The notes below the pieces were generated by a model. That model ran no database searches, was not told the origin of the DNA, and saw only the letters and a list, made by a program, of their open reading frames with translations. Positions 1 to 11,156 of a stretch of DNA of 64,000 nt are shown piece after piece. Numbering within the stretch: the first letter of the stretch is position 1; each line of letters begins with the position of its first letter. The stretch spans positions 217,062,001-217,126,000 of the forward strand of contig OZ024740.1 in NCBI GenBank assembly GCA_964016885.1. Reading direction: 5' to 3'. The translations under genes were made by a program, and so were the position numbers. This stretch comes from Eledone cirrhosa (Eukaryota).

Positions 1-1077
1 CCTTTCTGATTTTCTTTTTTTTTTCTTTTATTCTTTTTGGTTTTTCCTTCATCTTTTGCAAACATTGAAAAATCTATGAGCAGAGTTTCTTTTAACCTTG
101 TCCCCCTCCCCTATCATCCTTTCTGGGTTTGGAGAGCAAACCTTATCCTGTCGCATCTGTTTTTACTGATTGTCATCGACACAACACTCTCAGAACGTGT
201 GTAGTGTTTACTGAGATCCTGCAACTAAACAGACATGATTCTGCTGTGATTCAGCTCTTTCCTTCCTTTTAGATCATCTTATTCAACCATCTGTGAGCAT
301 TTCTAAATATTGGTTAGTCTTAGAAACTAAAACATATTTTGTCAGTCAATACTCTCCTGAATTGTGTTTAGGCCGAAGTTAATTTCTCCAGTCGAAAATG
401 TAAATGGTTTTGGCGTTTCGTAAACAAATCGAAGCAACAGTGATAAGCAGCAGGGACTTGGTAAATAAAGCTGAGCAAACGAACGCCGCCGCGATGGTGT
501 TATTCAAGTCAAATTTCAGAATAGAATCATAGATTCTGATTCAAGGATTTCTGACCATTCCTAAGGGAGAGGATTGGGAAGGAAGGAAAGGTAGGTGGAA
601 GGGAAGAGAAGGCTGAGGGTTATAGAGTGGGTGTCACTATGAAAGTACACGAGAAATTGCATAGAAACTAACAAGGGAGAGAGATGGGCTAGTTGTGGGT
701 TTTATGGAGATTTTGAGAGATAGAGAATGAGAATAACTAAGATGAGAAAGGAAAGATAGGGGTTTGTGCTATATAAAGACACTTAGGTGGGGGTGTATAA
801 ATGAGACATTGATTATACAATGTTTATCATGCAGGGGGGGGGGGTTATGTCACAGAAGTTGTAAAGGTTATATAACCACAATCACATCAACACTTATTTT
901 ATCTAGGAATTGGTTGGTTGCTGGAGAATCTGGATACTTTTCACCATACCACTCCAATGACCACTGCCACTGTTTACACCACCACCACTCCAGGCACAAT
1001 TACTACTACTACCATCATACACTTTCCTTTCATTATCCATCATCATTGACAACTACCAACACATTACCTACCTTCAC

Positions 1078-1545
1078 TATCACATCACCACCACAACCAT
1101 CACATCACTACCACCACGTACCACCATCACTACCATCACGTACCACCATCACTACCATCATGACCATCACCACCACCACCATCACTACCACCATCTCCTT
1201 CATCACCACCACCATCACTACCACCATCTCCATCACCACCACCATTACCACCACCATCAATTCCACCATCACCACCACTATCATCACCACCACCACCATC
1301 TCCATCACCATCGCCATCACCACCACTATCATCACCACCACCACCACCATCTCCATCACCATCACCACCACCACCACCATCTCCATCACCACCACCACCA
1401 TTTCCATCACCACCACCATCACCACCACTATCATCACCATCACCACCACCATCTCCATCACTACCACCATCACCACCACTATCATCACCATCTCAATCAC
1501 CACCACCATCTCCATCACAACCACCACCATCTCCATCACCACTAC
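1078..1545. repeat. Degenerate (CAC/CAT)n trinucleotide tract
   Basis: Seen directly; explains the Thr/Ile, His and Val/Met-rich ORFs. Confidence 0.95.
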
Positions 1546-1944
1546 ACAATATCTTAGAAAACTCATATATCCACTGTATTGATTGTGTGTTGGGAGTGAC
1601 AGAGCGAGAGAGAAAGAAAGAAAGAGAGAGAGAGGAAGAGACAGACTGACAGAGAGAGAGAGAAAGAGACAGACTGAGAGAGAGAGAGAGAGAATCAATT
1701 TGCCTGTATTTGTTTAGCATGAAGTGTCACATGAATAGGATGGGTGTGTGTTATTATTTACTGCCAGTCACACACACATATATCATATATACACACATCA
1801 CCCTCCCCCCACATGACACACATATCATACACACACATCAAACACACACACATATACATCACCCACAATACACACACGCATCACACACCACACATGACAA
1901 ACACAGTACCCTAACATAGTACCCAAACACAGTACCTGAACATA

Positions 1945-4900
1945 GTACCCTAACAGTGTTAGAATACATCTCTCTACCCTAACAGTAGTACATCTCTCTA
2001 CCCTAACTGTAGTACATCTCTCTACCCTAACAGTAGTACATCTCTCTACCCTAACAGTAGTACATCTCTCTACCCTAACAGTAGTACATCTCTCTATCCT
2101 AACTGTAGTACATCTCTCTACCCTAACAGTAGTACATCTCTCTACCCTAACAGTAGTACATCTCTCTACTCTAACAGTAGTACATCTCTCTACCCTAACA
2201 GTAGTACATCTCTCTACCCTAACAGTAGTACATCTCTCTACCCTAACAGTAGTACATCTCTCTACCCTAACAGTAGTACATCTCTCTACCCTAACAGTAG
2301 TACATCTCTCTACCCTAACAGTAATACATCTCTCTACCCTAACAGTAGTACATCTCTCTACCCTAACAGTAGTACATCTCTCTATCCTAACAGTAATACA
2401 TCTCTACCCTAACAGTAGTACATCTCTCTACCCTAACAGCAGTACATCTCTCTACCCTAACTGTAGTACATCTCTCTACTCTAACAGTAGTACATCTCTC
2501 TATCCTAACAGTGTTAGAATACATCTCTCTACCCTAACTGTAGTACATCTCTCTATCCTAACAGTAGTACATCTCTCTACCCTAACAGTAGTACATCTCT
2601 CTATCCTAACAGTAGTACATCTCTCTACCCTAACAGTAGTACATCTCTCTACCCTAACAGTAGTACATCTCTCTACCCTAACAGTAGTACATCTCTCTAC
2701 CCTAACTGTAGTACATCTCTCTACCCTAACAGTAGTACATCTCTCTACCCTAACAGTAGTACATCTCTCTACCCTAACTGTAGTACATCTCTCTACCCTA
2801 ACAGTAGTACATCTCTCTACCCTAACTGTAGTACATCTCTCTATCCTAACTGTAGTACATCTCTCTACCCTAACAGTAGTACATCTCTCTACTCTAACAG
2901 TAGTACATCTCTCTACCCTAACTGTAGTACATCTCTCTACCCTAACAGTAGTACATCTCTTTATCCTAACAGTAGTACATCTCTCTACCCTAACTGTAGT
3001 ACATCTCTCTACCCTAACAGTAGTACATCTCTCTACCCTAACAGTAGTACATCTCTCTACCCTAACTGTAGTACATCTCTCTACCCTAACAGTAGTACAT
3101 CTCTCTACCCTAACTGTAGTACATCTCTCTATCCTAACTGTAGTACATCTCTCTACCCTAACAGTAGTACATCTCTCTACTCTAACAGTAGTACATCTCT
3201 CTACCCTAACTGTAGTACATCTCTCTACCCTAACAGTAGTACATCTCTCTATCCTAACAGTAGTACATCTCTCTACCCTAACTGTAGTACATCTCTCTAT
3301 CCTAACAGTAATACATCTCTCTACCCTAACAGTAGTACATCTCTCTACCCTAACAGTAGTACATCTCTCTACCCTAACAGTAGTACATCTCTCTACCCTA
3401 ACAGTAGTACATCTCTCTACCCTAACAGTAGTACATCTCTCTATCCTAACAGTGTTAGAATACATCTCTCTATCCTAACAGTAGTACATCTCTCTACCCT
3501 AACAGTAGTACATCTCTCTACCCTAACAGTAGTACATCTCTCTATCCTAACAGTAGTACATCTCTCTACCCTAACTGTAGTACATCTCTCTACCCTAACA
3601 GTAGTACATCTCTCTACCCTAACAGTAGTACATCTCTCTATCCTAACTGTAGTACATCTCTCTACCCTAACAGTAGTACATCTCTCTACCCTAACAGTAG
3701 TACATCTCTCTACCCTAACTGTAGTACATCTCTCTACCCTAACAGTAGTACATCTCTCTACCCTAACAGTAGTACATCTCTCTACCCTAACAGTAGTACA
3801 TCTCTCTACCCTAACAGTAGTACATCTCTCTATCCTAACTGTAGTACACCTCTCTACCCTAACTGTAGTACATCTCTCTACCCTAACAGTAGTACATCTC
3901 TCTACCCTAACAGTAGTACATCTCTCTACCCTAACTGTAGTACATCTCTCTACCCTAACAGTAGTACATCTCTCTACCCTAACAGTAGTACATCTCTCTA
4001 CTCTAACAGTAGTACATCTCTCTACCCTAACTGTAGTACATCTCTCTACCCTAACAGTAGTACATCTCTCTACCCTAACAGTAGTACATCTCTCTACCCT
4101 AACAGTAGTACATCTCTCTACCCTAACTGTAGTACATCTCTCTATCCTAACAGTAATACATCTCTCTACCCTAACAGTAGTACATCTCTCTACCCTAACA
4201 GTAGTACATCTCTCTACCCTAACAGTAGTACATCTCTCTACCCTAACAGTAGTACATCTCTCTATCCTAACAGTGTTAGAATACATCTCTCTACCCTAAC
4301 TGTAGTACATCTCTCTACCCTAACAGTAGTACATCTCTCTATCCTAACAGTAGTACATCTCTCTACCCTAACAGTAGTACATCTCTCTATCCTAACAGTA
4401 GTACATCTCTCTACCCTAACAGTAGTACATCTCTCTACCCTAACAGTAGTACATCTCTCTACCCTAACAGTAGTACATCTCTCTACCCTAACAGTAGTAC
4501 ATATCTCTACCCTAACAGTAGTACATCTCTCTACCCTAACTGTAGTACATCTCTCTACCCTAACTGTAGTACATCTCTCTATCCTAACAGTAGTACATCT
4601 CTCTATCCTAACAGTAGTACATCTCTCTATCCTAACAGTAATACATCTCTCTACCCTAACTGCAGTACATCTCTCTATCCTAACAGTAGTACATCTCACT
4701 ATCCTAACAGTAGTACATCTCTCTACCCTAACAGTAGTACATCTCTCTACCCTAACAGTAATACATCTCTCTACCCTAACAGTAGTACATCTCTCTACCC
4801 TAACAGTAGTACCTCTCTATCCTAACAGTAATACATCTCTCTACCCTAACAGTAGTACATCTCTCTACCCTAACAGTAGTACATCTCTCTACCCTAACAG

Positions 4901-5981
4901 TAATACATCTCTCTACCCTAACTGTAGTACATCTTTCTACCCTAACTGTAGTACATCTCTCTAACCTAACTGTAGTACATCTCTCTAACCTAACAGTAAT
5001 ACATCTCTCTACCCTAACAGTAGTACATCTCTCTACCCTAACAGTAATACATCTCTCTACCCTAACAGTAGTACATCTCTCTACCCTAACAGTAGTACAT
5101 CTCTCTACCCTAACTGTAGTACATCTCTCTACCCTAACAGTAATATATCTCTCTACCCTAACTGTAGTACATCTCTCTATCCTAACAGTAATACATCTCT
5201 CTACCCTAACAGTAGTACATCTCTCTACCCTAACAGTAATACATCTCTCTACCCTAACTGTAGTACATCTCTCTACCCTAACAGTAGTACATCTCTCTAT
5301 CCTAACAGTAGTACATCTCTCTACCCTAACTGTAGTACATCTCTCTACCCTAACAGTAGTACATCTCTCTATCCTAACAGTAATACATCTCTCTACCCTA
5401 ACAGTAGTACATCTCTCTACCCTAACAGTAGTACATCTCTCTACCCTAACAGTAGTACATCTCTCTATCCTAACAGTGTTAGAATACATCTCTCTATCCT
5501 AACAGTAGTACATCTCTCTACCCTAACTGTAGTACATCTCTCTATCCTAACAGTAGTACATCTCTCTACCCTAACAGTAGTACATCTCTCTACCCTAACA
5601 GTAGTACATCTCTCTACCCTAACAGTAGTACATCTCTCTACCCTAACAGTAGTACATCTCTCTACCCTAACTGTAGTACATCTCTCTACCCTAACAGTAG
5701 TACATCTCTCTACCCTAACTGTAGTACATCTCTCTACCCTAACTGTAGTACATCTCTCTACCCTAACAGTAGTACATCTCTCTACCCTAACAGTAGTACA
5801 TCTCTCTACCCTAACAGTAGTACATCTCTCTACCCTAACTAGTACATCTCTCTACCCTAACTGTAGTACATCTCTCTACCCTAACTGTAGTACATCTCTC
5901 TACCCTAACTGTAGTACATCTCTCTACCCTAACAGTAGTACATCTCTCTACCCTAACTGTAGTACATCTCTCTACCCTAAA
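1945..5981. repeat. 24-bp minisatellite (CCCTAACAGTAGTACATCTCTCTA)n, about 4 kb
   Basis: Unit read directly; produces the spurious (TTVRVERC)n ORFs. Confidence 0.98.
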
Positions 5982-6022
5982 CAAACAATACTATTGACAA
6001 TCTGTCATAGATATTCTATACT

Positions 6023-6355
6023 ATCATCATCATTTTACGTCTGCTTTTCCCTGCTTGCAAGGGTGGGATGGGAACTGATTCTGGCTTGATTTCTACAGCT
6101 GGATGCCCTTCCTAACACCAACTTCATTTACAGTGTGGGCTGGGTGCTTTTTTGCCGTGGTACCTCCACGACCACTTTGCAGTGGAATGATAGGGACCCC
6201 AGTCCTATCATCTCATTTCTACAGATGAGTAAACTGGAGCAATGTGAAATAAAGTGCCTTGCTCAAGGAAACAACACATCACCCGGTCTGAGAATTGAAC
6301 TCACAACCTTTCGTTTGCAAGGCCAATGCTCTAACCACTAAGCCATGTGCCTCCA
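6023..6355 (-). mobile_element. tRNA/CORE-like SINE, full length, with RTE-type (GAT)n tail
   Basis: Reverse complement of the 62434-62778 copy. Confidence 0.88.
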
Positions 6356-7653
6356 TACTATATATATATCCATATTTCTATGTAATATCATCTTAGAATG
6401 TATGCATATAGTGTATATAGCGCATATAGTACACGGCATGTTTGTTTTGTAGAGGAATACATTAATCTAGTTTTAGAAATATATTTGCATCCAATGCTTA
6501 TGACAAGTAAAGAAGACATTACACCAGATGATGGTGACAATGGTGATGGTGGTGGTGATGGTGACAATGATGATGATGATGAGGATGGTGACAATGGTGA
6601 TGATGATGGTGATTCATTCACATGTATATCTACATGTATGTTCCTGCAGCTAATATAGTGCCACACATCACACACATAATTACCATCATCATCATCTAAT
6701 GTTTGCTTTCCCTGCTAGCAAAGGCTGGACAGGTTGTCACAGACCATATCAGTACTTAATCTGAACAACTGATCTCTCTGTTGGGTTGGAGGCCCCTGCA
6801 CATTGCTTATATACATGCCTACACTTTCCTGGGTGCACCAGCTCTAGAGAGGTTATCATGTCTTTGAGACAGTTGAATAGTCTTCCCATTCCTTTGTTTG
6901 GCAAGTTTTCAAAGCTCTTCCTATCTCCAACTAATTTGCAGAGTGTACTGGGTGCATTTATCATGTCACCAACACTAGAGAAGTTATTGCACTCTTTAAC
7001 AAATGAAGAATGCTCTTGAATCTTTTTTGGCATGGTTTCTACTGCTGGAAGCCCGTCCTATCAGCAACCACCCTAGAAATATGGCCAAGATTGTGATTAG
7101 AAAAGGAGTCATGGTTAAGAGGCTGAAAGGAGAGTGTGATTATGAGGGAAGGAGCAAAGATGGTAGAAGATGGAGAAGGACAGTGGTAGTTATATGTTGG
7201 TAGTCAGTAGAAGGTTGAATAGAAAATAGCATGAGCTTTGTGGTCAGATAGCAATAGTGGTGTGTGTGTTGTGTGTGGAGGTTGTGTGTGTGTGTGTATC
7301 CCTAAAACCCTTAGATACTCCCACTATTGCACCCTTGTAACATCCCACCCATGCCCTCACCACTCACTAGCTATTCTTTCTATCACTACACATGCTGGTA
7401 CTGAGTGTTCTCATCTCCATGATAAAAATAATATAGAGTGAAGAGACCCTTCAGTTGTGCCCCAGTAGGGCAACTTCCCTAATGTTGGTGATCTACACAA
7501 TAAATACACCTACTACATACTGTAAAGTGGTGATAGGAAGGTTATCCAGCCATAATAATCTTGCCAAACAGAGTGTTGTGAGTACCCTTCAGTTGTGTCA
7601 CAGACATTACAACCACTATTAGAAAGTGAGACCATATGTAAGCAAGATGCAGA

Positions 7654-7990
7654 TATCATCATCATCATTTAACGTCCATCTTCCACGCTTGCATGGGTTA
7701 GACAGGTTTGTCCCACTTGAAGCAAGATTGGTCAGGTGACCATGTCTCACTCGTATAGAACTGTTTCTGGCTGGTTTTCTATGGCTGGATGCCCTTCCTA
7801 ATGCCAACTATATTTACAGTGTGGACTAGGTGCTTTTTTACCGTGTCTCCTACACAACCACTTTACAGTGTGGCCTGGATGTTCTGTGGTACCAACATAA
7901 TTTTACAGAGAAATGGTGGGTTGGGCGGTGTGGAGGGATGGGGTAGGGGGTGTCGGTGGATGTGTATATTAGGTTAAGAGGTACCTACTG
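7654..7990 (-). mobile_element. 3' UTR fragment of RTE family A
   Basis: Similar to 24323-24700, including the (ATC)n tail and the GCTTGCATGGGTT stem-loop. Confidence 0.8.
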
Positions 7991-8226
7991 ACTAAGTTTA
8001 AGTTTGTATGTAAGATATAAATATAAAGTAGTGTAGTTAATATTGGTCTTTTATTTTATATATATATATATATATATGTGTCATCATCATCAATCATCAT
8101 CACCGTTTTACGTCCGTTCTTCCACGATATATATTGAGTATATGTTGGTTGTTTACCGACACCTCAGTATGCAGATTGGAGCACTCAACGAAGTACGCAA
8201 GTTGGTTTGTTTACTCTGGAGTAATG

Positions 8227-8573
8227 TAAAATAATTAAGTCAAATATGTAAAATTTGGCTTCGTTTATTATAAATTATAGATATACTGCTATATATATTT
8301 CGGTGACAGCCATCATTGGCTGTGACCTCTTCAGGCAGTCCGAATTGGTGTGGTAGAGGCAGGTACACATGTTGTTGAAGTGTGTTTTACTCCATCAATA
8401 CTCCGATATGTCCAGCTCCTGGTTGTGTTGTTATTTCTCTGAGGAACTGGAATGAAGAGGACTGCCTGAAGAGGTCACAGCCAATGATGGGTGTCACCAA
8501 AATATATATAGCAATATATCTATAATTTATAATAAACAAAGCCAAATTTTACCTATTTGACTTAATTATTTTA
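8227..8573. mobile_element. Palindromic element 1 (arms 8227-8341 and 8459-8573), Penelope-like inverted terminal repeats
   Basis: About 115-bp inverted arms, each with a hammerhead motif followed by AATAAA. Confidence 0.75.
8285..8339 (-). ncRNA. Minimal type I hammerhead ribozyme, intact core
   Basis: Minus strand reads ACTGC-CTGAAGA-GGTCACAGCCA-ATGA-TGGCTGTCACC-GAAA-T-ATAT-A-TA-GCAGT: stem I, CUGANGA, stem II, GAAA, short palindromic stem III and an AUA cleavage triplet. Confidence 0.82.
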
Positions 8574-8625
8574 AATATATATATATATAATATAATATAA
8601 ATCGTTCTTGTTTTGTCTTCTACAG

Positions 8626-8856
8626 CGGCTATGAGTCCAGCAGAAATCCAGCAGTTATGGAAAGAGGTTGCTTCTCAATCTGGGATTGATGGTTCTGTTG
8701 ATTCTAAAAATCACCTAAATGGTATGGCACTTGCTACAAGTGTGGCACAGGCAGCTGCTGTAGCGGCAGCTTCTGTTACTTCGGCTTCTATGAATCCTTT
8801 ACTCCAAACCTCTTCTTACCTCACTAATGGCATTCCTGATGGTTACCTGTTATCAG
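8626..8856 (+). CDS. FoxP: FoxP internal coding exon A (AMSPAEIQQLWKEV...GYLLS), 231 nt, phase 1-1
   Basis: Acceptor ttttgtcttctacAG at 8624-8625 and donor CAG|GTGAGT at 8857. SPAEIQQLWKEV matches the conserved vertebrate FOXP2 motif LSPAEIQQLWKEV. The phase joins the next exon. Confidence 0.93.
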
Positions 8857-8944
8857 GTGAGTAGTTTCTCTCTGTTTACCAATTTACTTTTTAATTAATC
8901 TAACATCATTTTTTTTATATACACACACACATATATATATATAT

Positions 8945-9290
8945 ATTCATCATTCATCATCATTTCATTTTACGTCCGCTTTTTCCCTGCTTGCAAGGGT
9001 GGGACGGGAACTGATGCTGGCTTGATTTCTACAGCTGGATGCCCTTCCTAACACCAACCTCATTTACAGTGAGTGCTGGGTGCTTTTTTGCCGTGGCACC
9101 TCCACGACCACTTTGCAGTGGAATGATAGGGACCCCAGTCCCTATCATCTCATTTCTACAGCTGAGTAAACTGGAGCAATGTGAAATAAAGTGTCTTGCT
9201 CAAGGAAACAACACATCACTCGGTCTGAGAATTGAACTCACAACCTTTCGATTGCAAGGCCAATGCTCTAACCACTAAGCCATGTGCCTT
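8945..9290 (-). mobile_element. tRNA/CORE-like SINE, full length
   Basis: Near identical to the reverse complement of 62434-62778; sits in (TA)n. Confidence 0.88.
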
Positions 9291-9365
9291 ATATATATAT
9301 ATATAAGGTCCCACCCTTGCAAGCAGGGAAAAAGCGGACGTAAAATGAAATGATGATGATGATGA

Positions 9366-9407
<42 letters not shown>

Positions 9408-9489
9408 CCGTCTAAACCATGCTAGTGTGTATATATATATATGTTGCATTGCTCACCTCTGTGCAACTCTACATCTCTTTCTCATGTCA

Positions 9490-9870
9490 CATTACTCACC
9501 ACTAAGTAACACTACACTACTCTATGTACCACCACACGCCCTCCTTTCTCTCATATCACACCCTCTCACCACTATCTAACACCACACACCCCTTTTTCTT
9601 AAATCACGCCCCCTCACTATCTAACACCAGACCCCCTACTTTTTCTCAAGTCACACCCCCCTCACGACTATCTAACACTATACCCCCCTTACTATCATGT
9701 CACCCCCCTCCTCACACCTCTCTTTTCTCTCAAGTCACACACCCTCACCACTATCTAACACTACCCCCCCCCTTCTCTCAAGTCACACACCCTCACCACT
9801 ATCTAACACTACACCCCGCCTTTCTCTCAAGTCACATCCCCTCACCACTATCTAACACTACACCCCTTCA
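9490..9870. repeat. Degenerate ~59-bp C-rich tandem repeat (core CACCACTATCTAACACTA)
   Basis: About six diverged units visible. Confidence 0.8.
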
Positions 9871-10439
9871 TATTTCATATACTACAGTATCTCTCTAAGA
9901 CATAACACAACTCAGCTTTCTTTTCTTTCCATCCTCCATTTTATCCAATCCTATTTACTATTACATCTTTACTCTCTTTAATTACATTCTTAAATAATAT
10001 TTCATTTCTTATTTAGTTTTCATCATTTTCTAATTATTGTAAATTTGATGTAATTTATCAATTAAATCTCTTTAAAATCCCAGATAATTCCTAGGAATTA
10101 TCTAGAGAAATCTCTCACTATTTTATTATAACCTAAATTTAATACAGTTGTGTGAATTTTTGTTAAAAATTACATATCTTAGTGGGAAGCCTTAATATAA
10201 ACAATATTAACACAAATACTGAAGCTTATGAGGGGAGGCTGAAATGTTCATTGACTGACTATGAGGGAGTGATGCTAGAGCTGTGAAATCTTGAATGCAT
10301 TAATTTCAACTCTCCTTATTAATAACTGTAGTTTCTTTCCAAGGATTATATTGAAAAATAAACCTGTGTGTGTCATGGAAGGCAGTAAAAATACTTCAAA
10401 AACAATAACACTTTACATTTATAAGTATTTATAAGCCTC

Positions 10440-10862
10440 AACAATTGTTTCTGATTTAGACACATGGCCAACAATTTTGGGGAAGGGGTAAAGTTTATTA
10501 AATCAATCCCAGTGCATTACTGGTACTTTACTTTATCAACCCTGTAAGGATGAAAAGCAAAGTTAATCTCGGTGAGATTTGAACTCAGAATATAAAGGGC
10601 TGTAACTATATGCCACAAAGCATGTTGTCCGACACTCTACCGATACTGCCAATTCACCACCCTTGTACCACTTAATGATTAATGATAAATATAGGGTAGG
10701 GGGAAGTTGATTAAATTGACGACCAGTGCATTACTGGTACTTTATCATCCATAAGGATGAAAGGTGAAACTAACCTCAGCGAGATTTGAACTTAGGATAT
10801 AAAGGGACATAACTCTGTGCTGCAAAACGTGTTGTCCAATGTTCTACCGATTCTGCCAATCC
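10440..10862 (-). mobile_element. Two diverged copies of SINE family 2
   Basis: Share CATTACTGGTACTT...AAGGATGAAAG...GATTTGAACTC with the reverse complement of 51045-51230. Confidence 0.75.
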
Positions 10863-11156
10863 AGGTTTCAATAACTAATATAATTCTGGTGAACTGTAAC
10901 AGTAATATGACAGGAAATAGGTGGCATTTGAAATTGCTTATAGTGAAATATGTATGTGTATATGAGCATGTGTCTGTGTATGTGTGTGAGCATGTGTCTG
11001 TGTATGTGTATGAGCATGTGTCTGTATGTGTGAGCATGTGTCTGTGTGGGTGTGTGTGCGTGTGTATGTGTGTGTGTGCAAGCAACATTTAGGATTTGCA
11101 ATGGCTACTAACTGTGACATGAAGTTGTCAAATACTATTGAGCCTCTTTATATAGT

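Noticed and set aside
486-532. Alternative FoxP start exon at a Kozak-like ATG
   Set aside because: Stops after 12 codons, and there is no good donor in phase 1 to join exon A.
764-1720. Thr/Ile-rich mucin-like ORF and antisense Val/Met ORFs
   Set aside because: Translations of (CAC/CAT)n and (GA)n repeats; no signal peptide or domain evidence.
2500-5489. (TTVRVERC)n repeat proteins
   Set aside because: A stop-free frame of a 24-bp satellite, broken by indels at irregular positions.
1945-5981. Interstitial telomere
   Set aside because: Only one CCCTAA per 24-bp unit; no tandem (TTAGGG)n run.
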